Below are positions 17,544 through 25,535 of a DNA stretch of 47,572 bases, piece after piece. Position 1 is the first letter of the stretch, and every line of letters begins with the position of its first letter. Source of the stretch: an uncultured Ruminococcus sp. (GTDB lineage: Bacteria; Bacillota; Clostridia; Oscillospirales; Acutalibacteraceae); contig CAZTWO010000001.1 in the NCBI GenBank assembly GCA_964617965.1, positions 4,457 to 52,028 on the forward strand, given 5' to 3'. Below the pieces are notes generated by a model. That model saw only the letters and a list, made by a program, of their open reading frames with translations, was not told where the DNA came from and made no database searches. The position numbers and the translations under genes are program-made.

Positions 17544-17993
17544 TTACTTTGTGATTTTAGACAGGATTTCGTTGTAAATCGCCGTCAGCTCGTCTTTTGT
17601 AAGACTTTCACCGATATTAAAGAGAGTTACGGCAACAAAAATACAATCGGGATTTTGTGTTTGTCGCACATACTCGCCGACAGCTTTTGCGATATCTGTT
17701 TTAAGCGAACGAATTTCGATGTCCGTTTCTGTATTTATATCATAGTCGGCGGTTCTGCCGCACGGAATCGGGCACACGGAGCAGTCGGGGGCAAGCGTAT
17801 GCTTTTCGGTCGTAAGACTGTCTGTCAGTGTCTGTATTTCATTATCGGAAACACCGTCATCGGATAGACCTAAGACGGCCTTCAGGACAAGCGGAAAAGT
17901 TTTTTCGGTTGTCACTTCCCCGCCGCCTGTGGCTCTCACAGTGCCGATTAAAGCACCGAGCATAGTATTTTTGATGGGTGTAAGATTATTCAT
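17544..17993 (-). CDS. Hypothetical Cys-containing protein (149 aa) with a possible resemblance to the helical N-terminal region of hybrid-cluster protein (Hcp)
   Basis: The ATG at 17993 overlaps the upstream gene's stop by 8 nt, suggesting translational coupling. It contains a CSVCPIPCGRTADYD motif. The segment DIEIRSLKTDI resembles the Hcp NEDVRSLRELL region (from memory, unverified). Confidence 0.65.
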   Translation of the reverse strand: MNNLTPIKNTMLGALIGTVRATGGGEVTTEKTFPLVLKAVLGLSDDGVSDNEIQTLTDSLTTEKHTLAPDCSVCPIPCGRTADYDINTETDIEIRSLKTDIAKAVGEYVRQTQNPDCIFVAVTLFNIGESLTKDELTAIYNEILSKITK

Positions 17994-18699
17994 CAAGAAT
18001 TTTGCCGTCGGTGGAAATTGTCACAACCTGCCACGGAATAAATTTGCCGCTGTTCTGAAGCGCTGTTTTTGCAGCCTGCTCAAGACCGCCGCAGCAGGGC
18101 ACTTCCATACGGACAACCGTAACACTCTTTATGTCGTTGTTCTTGATAATCTCGGTAAGCTTTACGGAATAATCGATATCGTCAAGCTTGGGGCAGCCGA
18201 CAAGCGTAATATGACCCTTAATGAACTTCTCATGGAACGCACCGTAGGCATACGCAGTGCAGTCAGCGGCGATAAGAAGCTTTGCGCCGTTAAAATAAGG
18301 CGCTCTTACGGGAACAAGCTTAATCTGTACGGGCCACTGAGAAAGGCGGCTCACCTGCTCCGAGCAGCATGATGAAGCGGTTTCGGGCTCATCGTGAACT
18401 ATCGAACGGGACTTTGTGCCGGGGCAGCCGCAGGGCAGAGTTTCGGGCTGTTCCTGCATTTTCTTCTGCTTGTTTTCAAGAACCGCTTTTTCGTCATAAG
18501 CGGCGGCTTCACGCTCAACAAAGCTTATGGCGTTAGTGGGGCATGCGGGCAGGCAGTCACCGAGACCGTCACAGTAATCGTCACGCATAAGTTTTGCCTT
18601 GCCGTTAACCATACCGATTGCGCCCTCATGGCAGGCGGCAGCACACGCACCGCAGCCATTGCACTTTTCTTCGTTTATTTCAATAATTTTTCTTTTCAT
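17986..18699 (-). CDS. 4Fe-4S dicluster ferredoxin-domain protein (FrdX-like?)
   Basis: Two CxxCxxCxxxC(P)-type motifs (CNGCGACAAAC, CDGLGDCLPACP) and a Cys-rich C-terminal domain (CPKLD, VPCCGG). AGGAGG RBS 8 nt from the ATG. Confidence 0.85.
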   Translation of the reverse strand: MKRKIIEINEEKCNGCGACAAACHEGAIGMVNGKAKLMRDDYCDGLGDCLPACPTNAISFVEREAAAYDEKAVLENKQKKMQEQPETLPCGCPGTKSRSIVHDEPETASSCCSEQVSRLSQWPVQIKLVPVRAPYFNGAKLLIAADCTAYAYGAFHEKFIKGHITLVGCPKLDDIDYSVKLTEIIKNNDIKSVTVVRMEVPCCGGLEQAAKTALQNSGKFIPWQVVTISTDGKILDE

Positions 18700-18755
18700 G
18701 ATATAAGCCTCCTTGCTTTTGTAGGCTTATTATAGTACAATAAAGTCGTAATGTC

Positions 18756-18771
18756 TGTTGAATTTTCAACA
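18756..18771. promoter_or_regulatory. Perfect 16-bp palindrome TGTTGAATTTTCAACA, a candidate Crp/Fnr-family operator in a divergent intergenic region
   Basis: The 5-6-5 layout matches the Crp-family TGTGA-N6-TCACA architecture. It lies 57 nt upstream of the ferredoxin-gene ATG (minus strand) and 5 nt upstream of the regulator ATG (plus strand). Confidence 0.5.
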
Positions 18772-18776
18772 AAAGG

Positions 18777-19448
18777 ATGATTTTTACGGAAAATTATTAT
18801 AATATTCTTCTCTCATCAAGACTTTTTGCGGGAATAAGCGAAAACGAGCTTAAGTCCGTCCTGTCCTGCCTTGAAGCGAGAACAAAAAAATTCGCAAAAG
18901 ATGAAACCATAATGTATTCGGGCGACACTACAAATGAAATAGGCTTTGTTCTTTCGGGCAATGTGCTTGTCATTCAGGATGACATATGGGGCAACAGAAA
19001 TATTCTGTCAAAAGTAAAGGTCGGTGAGAGCTTTGCGTCCGTTTTCGCCTGTGCCGCAGGTGCGACGCTTAATGTAAATATAATTGCCGAAAACGATACC
19101 GAAATTCTTTTTGTAAATGTAAACAAGATTCTGAATGTCTGCTCCTCCGCCTGCACTCATCACAGCATAATCGTACGAAATCTGTTAAGCGAGCTTGCCG
19201 AAAAAAATCTTAAGATGAACGAAAAACTGACGCACATTAGCAAACGCTCAACCCGTGACAAGCTTATGTCATATTTTTCCGCAACGGCGCAAAGAGCGAA
19301 CTCGAATGAATTTGATATACCGTTCTCACGCCAGCAATTAGCCGACTTCCTCGCAGTCGACCGCAGCGGCCTGTCTTCGGAACTCGGCAAGATGCAAAAA
19401 GAGGGGTTGATTGAGTATAACAAAAATCATATCAGGCTTACAGTATAA
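18777..19448 (+). CDS. Crp/Fnr-family transcriptional regulator (cNMP-binding domain plus C-terminal HTH)
   Basis: 223-aa ORF. The N-terminal beta-roll region and the C-terminal HTH (SRQQLADFLAVDRSGLSSELGKMQKEGLI) are typical of the family. Confidence 0.9.
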   Translation: MIFTENYYNILLSSRLFAGISENELKSVLSCLEARTKKFAKDETIMYSGDTTNEIGFVLSGNVLVIQDDIWGNRNILSKVKVGESFASVFACAAGATLNVNIIAENDTEILFVNVNKILNVCSSACTHHSIIVRNLLSELAEKNLKMNEKLTHISKRSTRDKLMSYFSATAQRANSNEFDIPFSRQQLADFLAVDRSGLSSELGKMQKEGLIEYNKNHIRLTV

Positions 19449-19576
19449 AAAGCCGTTACCGTTTTATCCGTAAGCATCAATTTAGCAATTTGCATACACT
19501 GATTCTTGCTAACTACAGTTATTACTATCAATTTTATGTTTATTTTAGGCATAATTTTCTAAAGTTACAATACTTT

Positions 19577-19638
19577 CTGCATCTTTTTGAAAAACATGCA
19601 GGTTAGATATTGATTTCAGTGATATTTAATGTTATACT
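19577..19638 (+). promoter_or_regulatory. Near-perfect 25-bp palindrome (19577-19601) abutting a consensus-like promoter TTGATT-N17-TATACT (19610-19638) upstream of fic
   Basis: The palindrome reads CTGCAT-C-TTTTT-G-AAAAA-C-ATGCAG. Hexamers at 19610-19615 and 19633-19638 are separated by a 17-nt spacer. Confidence 0.55.
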
Positions 19639-19659
19639 ATAAGAAAAGAGGTAAATACA

Positions 19660-20739
19660 ATGGTTTTAGCAACATTAAATGAACGAAAAAATGACTTCAA
19701 TGCGAACTTTTTTATTAATGAATTGTTTGAAGCTTCAAAACTCCTTGGAGCCCTCGAAGCGAAAATCAGCAGTTATCAGTTTAATAGTATTTTAATTCCG
19801 ATGTTTCGCAACAAGGAAGCGATCTCTTCAATGTCTATTGAAGGCAGCGAAACAACAATTACGGATGTTCTTGAAGATAATATCCGTACAACAAAAGACA
19901 CAAAAGACAAAGTTATTCTTGAATATCGCAATCACACGAATGCCATTCTTTACGGGACAGATTATCTGCGTTCAAGCGGATTTACAAATGAATTAATGTA
20001 TGAACTTCACAAAATAATGATGAGCGGTATTCTTCCTACAGGAAAACAATCTTGTGTCGGAAAATACAAAGAAAAAGACAACTTTATAGTAAACAGTGTA
20101 GGAACAGTTGTTTTTACTCCGCCGTCTCACACCGAAACACAGGCATATATGAAGGATTTGCTGAAATTTATGAATGACACAACAGATGAAATAAATCCAT
20201 TGATAAAAGCCGCTATTATACATAGTCAATTTGAATCCATTCATCCATTTGAAGACGGTAACGGACGAGTAGGACGGTTACTTGTAAGTTTATACCTTTA
20301 CAAATCATGTGTCATTAATTTTCCGTTTTTCTACATCAGCGAAGCAATAAGTCAAGATAAAGGTGTTTATTATAAGAAATTGACAGATTCACGTTCAAAT
20401 AGCTATGATGAATGGATTCGGTTCTTTTTGCAAAAGTGCGTTGTACAAGCAAAAAGGCTAAATGGTTACATTGATGCTCTTAACAAGCTATACGAAAAAA
20501 CTAAGTGCGAAATCAAGAATACAATAAACAGTCCTAAATTTGACAAAATAATCGAATGTATCTTTACACAGCCGGTTCAAACCGTTGTTTATTTAGCCGA
20601 ACAGCTTTCTGTAACAACCGGACAGGCAAAACGATATCTTGATAAATTAGAGGAAGCTCAAATTCTTTTTGGCGACGACCGCAAACGCGGCAGAAGATAT
20701 TATTTCATGCAGCTTTTGGATTTGGCAAGAACACAGTAA
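19660..20739 (+). CDS. Fic-family protein (AMPylase-type) with an N-terminal inhibitory-helix motif and a C-terminal wHTH-like region
   Basis: Fic motif HPFEDGNGRVGR (aa 195-206). The [ST]xxxE[GN] motif SMSIEG (aa 57-62) lies upstream, the class II arrangement. AGAGG RBS. Confidence 0.92.
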   Translation: MVLATLNERKNDFNANFFINELFEASKLLGALEAKISSYQFNSILIPMFRNKEAISSMSIEGSETTITDVLEDNIRTTKDTKDKVILEYRNHTNAILYGTDYLRSSGFTNELMYELHKIMMSGILPTGKQSCVGKYKEKDNFIVNSVGTVVFTPPSHTETQAYMKDLLKFMNDTTDEINPLIKAAIIHSQFESIHPFEDGNGRVGRLLVSLYLYKSCVINFPFFYISEAISQDKGVYYKKLTDSRSNSYDEWIRFFLQKCVVQAKRLNGYIDALNKLYEKTKCEIKNTINSPKFDKIIECIFTQPVQTVVYLAEQLSVTTGQAKRYLDKLEEAQILFGDDRKRGRRYYFMQLLDLARTQ

Positions 20740-20893
20740 TATTCACATAATAAAAAGTTGGTGATGCGTATGATTGTAAACAAATAAAACACACTGAAAA
20801 GCCGCGGCAACAGCAATTCAATGTGTTTCAAACAGATATGCAATTTGCAAATCCGACGACTGCCATTTTAGCATATCTGACATGAGATTACAA

Positions 20894-20922
20894 TTGACTT
20901 TTTACACAAAAAATTTTATCAA
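20894..20922 (+). promoter_or_regulatory. Candidate promoter TTGACT-N17-TATCAA for the 4-gene operon, overlapped by a direct repeat CAATTGAC.TTTTA (20891 and 20920)
   Basis: Hexamers at 20894-20899 and 20917-20922 with a 17-nt spacer. Confidence 0.45.
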
Positions 20923-20956
20923 TTGACGTTTTATCGATCGTCAGAAAGAAGCAATT

Positions 20957-21643
20957 ATGAATTTAATTAAATTGATGCATATTGCAGATAAGCTTTACCA
21001 ATATGCAAATGAAAAAATCGAGTTCGATTCAGACGGATGGCCTGTTTTTCGAAAAGAACATTTTCTTGAAAAGTGGCCTCATGACATGGTCACATTTGAG
21101 AACAGAACGAGTCATCTAATCAAAGCGGAAACAGAAACAGTACTTTGCTTCTATATGGGTGATATTTCAAATTTCCGTCGTTTTAAAAATTTGTTTAATG
21201 ACATTTCCATCTATCAACGATACTTAGGTGTAGTCGTACCTGATATAACCGTCACAAAAGATATGGATCTTGAAATGCAGGAAATGATAATGCTTGTAAA
21301 TCAACTTTTTTCAGCAGTACTTGCAGTCAATAACATCAAGATTGTGTTTAACACCCGAAACGGAAATAGCACGACATCTGATCATTTTAAACATATACCA
21401 AGACATGTAATGTGTGCTTCAGGCTTTTTAGGATGCAACAATGAAAAGAATACCATTTCAGCCGCACCGTATATAAACAAAATTCTTCGGCTGATGCCTG
21501 ATAAACTGCTGATATACGGCAAACATGACGTTATAGTAAACAATCAATTAGATGTTTTAGGTATTAACTATCGCTATTATCCGGACTTTCATACTCGAAG
21601 CAAGCATAATTCCCGTTTAACAGAAAAGGGGGATGTTGCATAA
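20957..21643 (+). CDS. Hypothetical protein (228 aa), DUF4417-like
   Basis: ORF track. The pattern FY.GD...F.R...(Y..Y.GVV.PD.....DM....Q)...IK.VFN.R.G....F..IP....A.GF.G...L.IYG resembles DUF4417 as I remember it (unverified). Confidence 0.7.
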   Translation: MNLIKLMHIADKLYQYANEKIEFDSDGWPVFRKEHFLEKWPHDMVTFENRTSHLIKAETETVLCFYMGDISNFRRFKNLFNDISIYQRYLGVVVPDITVTKDMDLEMQEMIMLVNQLFSAVLAVNNIKIVFNTRNGNSTTSDHFKHIPRHVMCASGFLGCNNEKNTISAAPYINKILRLMPDKLLIYGKHDVIVNNQLDVLGINYRYYPDFHTRSKHNSRLTEKGDVA

Positions 21644-22029
21644 TGTCAGATTACAAGTCTCCTTACTCCGATATTTCAAAAAAATACATTGAAATTTTGG
21701 TTCCCGCAAGTTCTTTGGAACAATCTCGCTATAACCGCAGCAAAGATCGCGAAAGGAAAAACAATGAAAACTGGGTTAAACAAAAAGTTAATCTGAATGA
21801 AATTGTTGATCGATTTATTCCGGAAAACAGCGATGTTGTAACACGTCGCACAGAAGGTGGTGTTAAATATATTTTTGAAGGCAGTCGCTACGCTATTAAG
21901 TGTGATAAAGTATCCGGTTACCTGAGAATTTATGACAAAAAAGCAAAATCCTATTGTTTGCCGGATGGAACACCATCAAAGGATCCGGAAAGAACACATT
22001 TCAAAATCAAACGCCGAGAGGAGATGTGA
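21643..22029 (+). CDS. Hypothetical basic protein (128 aa)
   Basis: Its ATG overlaps the preceding TAA (TAATG). The protein is Lys/Arg-rich. No family recognised. Confidence 0.7.
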   Translation: MSDYKSPYSDISKKYIEILVPASSLEQSRYNRSKDRERKNNENWVKQKVNLNEIVDRFIPENSDVVTRRTEGGVKYIFEGSRYAIKCDKVSGYLRIYDKKAKSYCLPDGTPSKDPERTHFKIKRREEM

Positions 22030-22031
22030 GC

Positions 22032-22379
22032 ATGTGGATTCGAGTTGCACTTGATAACAATGCCGTACACTGCGGAAAAAGTCCCGAATATACCTATGTT
22101 GACGGTGAAAGTATTAAAGAATTTTACTTTGATGATGAAACCGCAAAGCTATTGGAAGAAGACGGTTTTCTTTCGGAAATGTGGTCAAAACTTGACGCGT
22201 TATTTGATTGGGGAGACTGTGACTATTTTTATCCCGAAAAATGTATTAAATTCAAAGCATGGCTTGAACAGAAATTAAAAAATACGACAAATAATACACT
22301 AAAAGAAGTATATGATACCATGCTGAACATGACAAATCTTGCAATCGAATATAACACGGGAATAAGTTTCGATTTTTAA
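22032..22379 (+). CDS. Hypothetical acidic protein (115 aa)
   Basis: Internal ATG of ORF 21954..22379, placed 2 nt after the previous stop with a GAGGAG RBS inside the upstream gene's 3' end. The protein is rich in Asp/Glu and aromatic residues. Confidence 0.65.
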   Translation: MWIRVALDNNAVHCGKSPEYTYVDGESIKEFYFDDETAKLLEEDGFLSEMWSKLDALFDWGDCDYFYPEKCIKFKAWLEQKLKNTTNNTLKEVYDTMLNMTNLAIEYNTGISFDF

Positions 22380-22391
22380 GGAGGAATGTCA

Positions 22392-22808
22392 ATGAAATCC
22401 ACCTATAAGATTTTGTCTGCACACCTGGACGGCAAGCCACTCGCAAAAAATGTTCAGGTAAAAATTCAGGTGCACGAGTATGAAAAGTTATTTCCTATAA
22501 ATGCTGAGTTTAACTTGTTTGATTTCCCGCATTGCAGACGCATGCAATTAGCTTCTGAACTCTTAACATATAATCTTTCGATTATTTCAAATCAGATGCT
22601 TTTATTGGAAACACTCGAAGAGTTAATCATTAAAATTGACTATCATTCACCATTACTTCCAATCAATAATCTATTTTTGAAAAGAGTACTTCAGGCCATA
22701 GGAGTACTACAGCAAATTCGGTCCGATGTTACATACACAATTTCAGTTGAAATGAGCGATTTTGATAGCATTAAAACCATATGTAATCATCTGCAAAGTT
22801 TATCATAA
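22392..22808 (+). CDS. Hypothetical protein (138 aa)
   Basis: ORF 22386..22808. The ATG at 22392 has better spacing (8 nt) to the AGGAGG at 22378-22383. No family recognised. Confidence 0.65.
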   Translation: MKSTYKILSAHLDGKPLAKNVQVKIQVHEYEKLFPINAEFNLFDFPHCRRMQLASELLTYNLSIISNQMLLLETLEELIIKIDYHSPLLPINNLFLKRVLQAIGVLQQIRSDVTYTISVEMSDFDSIKTICNHLQSLS

Positions 22809-22881
22809 TATTGCACTTATAACCATTTGCGTTTGAAACTTCCTACAAAATTCAGCTACCGACAAAAAAGCAACAAAAAAA

Positions 22882-22925
22882 CCGCCCGACAAAGGACCTG
22901 CAAATCCTCTGCCGGGCGGGTTTAT
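22882..22925. terminator. Bidirectional terminator between the island operon (+) and iolG (-)
   Basis: Stem CCGCCCG (22882-22888) pairs with CGGGCGG (22913-22919), with a long partly paired loop. An A7 run lies upstream and TTTATTATT downstream. Confidence 0.6.
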
Positions 22926-22938
22926 TATTATTGATAAA

Positions 22939-23952
22939 TTACTTTATCTCAGACAGGGCAACGGGGCGATGCTCGGCAACGGACTTCTTAGCCGCAAGGC
23001 CGATTTTTACGCTCTGCATACCTGCGTGAATGCCGACGGGAACTTCTGTGTTGTTCTCGACAGCGTTAACGAACTGACGCATTTCTTCTGAGAAGGACTC
23101 CATGTATCTCTCAAGGAAGAAGAACAGGGGCTTTTCGCCTGTTACGCCGTCAGCGTTAGAAAGAACGGCGGATGAAAGAGTGTCGTTGGATGTAGCGACC
23201 ATACCCTTTGAACCGAAGAGCTCAGCTCTCTGATCGTAGCCGTAAGCGGCCTTTCTGGAGTTATCGATAACAGCCAGTGCGCCGTTTGCCATCTTCATTG
23301 AGATGATAGCGGTGTCAACATCGCCCTGCTCGCCGATAGCGGGATCGACAAGAACTGCGGAGTTGACATAGAGTTCTTCAACATCGCTGTTTGTAAGGAA
23401 GCATGCCATATCAAAATCATGAATGGTCATATCAAGGAAGATACCGCCAGATACGGCAATATACTTGGGGTTCGGCGGCTCGGGGTCACGTGATGTAATC
23501 TTGAGGATATGGGCCTCACCGATTTTGCCTTCGTCATAAGCCTTGCGGATTGCGGCGAAGTTGTGGTCAAAGCGGCGGTTGAAGCCGACCTGGAACTTGA
23601 TGCCGGGATGTGCCGCAAGAGCGTCGGCAACAGCCTGAATCTTTTCGATTGAATGGTCAACGGGCTTCTCGCAGAAAACGTGCTTGCCGGCGTTGATGGC
23701 TTCAATTGAAATGGAAGCGTGTGTGTCGGTTGAGGAGCAGACAAGAACAGCGTCTATCTCGGGATCTGCAAGAATGTTCTTGTAGTCGGAGTAAATGTCC
23801 TTTACGCCGAAGCTCTCGATAAAAGCCTTGGTTTCGTCATTCATAAAGGGATCTGCGACAGCCTTGACTGTTGCGTTCTTTACGTGGTAAGAAATGGACT
23901 CAAGATGAACCTTGCCAATTCTGCCCGCGCCGATAATACCTATTGTAAGCAT
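22939..23952 (-). CDS. iolG: Inositol 2-dehydrogenase (Gfo/Idh/MocA family)
   Basis: 337-aa ORF with the N-terminal Rossmann motif IGIIGAGRIGKVH. It is the last gene of the iol cluster. AGGAGA RBS. Confidence 0.85.
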   Translation of the reverse strand: MLTIGIIGAGRIGKVHLESISYHVKNATVKAVADPFMNDETKAFIESFGVKDIYSDYKNILADPEIDAVLVCSSTDTHASISIEAINAGKHVFCEKPVDHSIEKIQAVADALAAHPGIKFQVGFNRRFDHNFAAIRKAYDEGKIGEAHILKITSRDPEPPNPKYIAVSGGIFLDMTIHDFDMACFLTNSDVEELYVNSAVLVDPAIGEQGDVDTAIISMKMANGALAVIDNSRKAAYGYDQRAELFGSKGMVATSNDTLSSAVLSNADGVTGEKPLFFFLERYMESFSEEMRQFVNAVENNTEVPVGIHAGMQSVKIGLAAKKSVAEHRPVALSEIK

Positions 23953-24011
23953 TTTAACTCTCCTTAAATTTTTATATGAGAATAATTTATTGCGGATTTA
24001 CGGCTATTAAA

Positions 24012-25517
24012 TCAGATGGTGCCGTCCCATGTGGAGACAACTGTGTTGGTCTTTTCTTCTTCGTCGAACCAGCGTGTTGTTACGCACTTTGACTCTGTGA
24101 AGAAGCGGTATGCATCCTTGCCGAGGCAGTGAAGATCACCGAAGAAGGAATTCTTGTGACCTGCGAACGGGAAGAAGCCGACGGGTACGGGAATGCCGAC
24201 GTTTACGCCGACCATGCCGCCGTCTGTGTGGCGTGTGAACTCACGTGCAAAGTGGCCGTTCTGCGTGAAGATAACGGAGCCGTTTGCATAGGGGTTGGCG
24301 TTCATGATTCTGAGACCGTCGTTGAAATCCTTGCAGCGTTTGATGCAAAGAACGGGTCCGAAAACCTCATCTCTGCCGATGGTCATATCCTCTGTTACGT
24401 GATCAAATACTGTGGGGCCGACATAGTAGCCGTTCTCATAGCCCTCAACTACGCAGTTTCTGCCGTCAAGAACAAGCTCTGCGCCCTCTGCGACACCCTT
24501 ATCGATGTCGGCGAGAACCTCTTTATAGTGCTTTTCGTAAGTGATAGGTCCGAGTTTTGAGGTCTTGTCATAAGCGGGGCCGACCTTGATTTTTGAAGCC
24601 TGCTTCTTAAGCTCGGCAACAAACTGATCTGCGATTGACTCTTCAACAACACAGGCGGCGAGAGCCATGCAGCGCTGACCGGCACAGCCGAAAGCGGAGT
24701 TGATAACACCCGCGACCGTTCTTTCAATGGGTGTATCGGACATAACAAGAGCGTGGTTCTTAGCCTGGCACAGGCACTGTACACGCTTGCCGGCACGTGC
24801 GGCCTTTTCATAGATAAGCTTGCCGACAGGTGTTGAACCTACGAATGTGATACCCTTGACATCGGGATGCTCAAGGATAACATCGATTTCGTGACGGGAA
24901 CATGTGACAACGTTTACAACGCCGTCGGGCATGCCTGCTTCTTTGTAGAGCTCGGCAATGCGAAGAGCCGTACGGGGAGTAAGCGAAGCCGCCTTAAGAA
25001 CGATTGTGTTGCCTGTCGCAACGCAAACGGGAACCATCCAGCCGAAAGGAATCATAGCCGGGAAGTTTACGGGAACGATGCCTGCAAAAACGCCGAGAGA
25101 CTCACGGTATTTTACTGTGTCGTAGCCGCGGGAAGCATCCATCATGCTCTCGCCCATCATGAGTGACGGAACCTGAGTTGCAAGCTCTGTGCCCTCTTTG
25201 GCCTTGAGAACGTCGCCCTCTGCCTCTGCCCATACCTTGCCGTTTTCTTCGGCTACGAGGTATGTGAGCTCTTCCATGTGCTCTATAAGAAGATCTCTTA
25301 CTTTATAGAGAATCTGTGAACGCTTGATAGCGGGAGTTGAGCTCCAGCCCGGATATGCTGCCTTTGCGGCGGCGATTGCGGCGTTAACTTCCTCTGCTGT
25401 GCAGTTGGGAGCGTAGCCGGTAACTTCACCCGTTGAAGGGTTGTGAAGGTCATAGTACTTGTCGGTCTTGGACTCAACGTACTGACCGTTTACGAAATAT
25501 TTGAGTTTTTCTGCCAT
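24012..25517 (-). CDS. iolA: CoA-acylating methylmalonate-semialdehyde dehydrogenase
   Basis: 501-aa aldehyde dehydrogenase (catalytic Cys region FGCAGQRCMA, and EEVFGPV-like DEVFGPV) in iol context. Confidence 0.88.
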   Translation of the reverse strand: MAEKLKYFVNGQYVESKTDKYYDLHNPSTGEVTGYAPNCTAEEVNAAIAAAKAAYPGWSSTPAIKRSQILYKVRDLLIEHMEELTYLVAEENGKVWAEAEGDVLKAKEGTELATQVPSLMMGESMMDASRGYDTVKYRESLGVFAGIVPVNFPAMIPFGWMVPVCVATGNTIVLKAASLTPRTALRIAELYKEAGMPDGVVNVVTCSRHEIDVILEHPDVKGITFVGSTPVGKLIYEKAARAGKRVQCLCQAKNHALVMSDTPIERTVAGVINSAFGCAGQRCMALAACVVEESIADQFVAELKKQASKIKVGPAYDKTSKLGPITYEKHYKEVLADIDKGVAEGAELVLDGRNCVVEGYENGYYVGPTVFDHVTEDMTIGRDEVFGPVLCIKRCKDFNDGLRIMNANPYANGSVIFTQNGHFAREFTRHTDGGMVGVNVGIPVPVGFFPFAGHKNSFFGDLHCLGKDAYRFFTESKCVTTRWFDEEEKTNTVVSTWDGTI

Positions 25518-25535
25518 TGTCTTATGACTCCTTTA

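Noticed and set aside
19450-22930. Low-GC island as a prophage, ICE or transposon
   Set aside because: No integrase, recombinase, transposase, terminal inverted repeats or flanking direct repeats could be found by eye. The only tRNA is 15 kb away. The region is therefore reported only as a compositionally distinct island.
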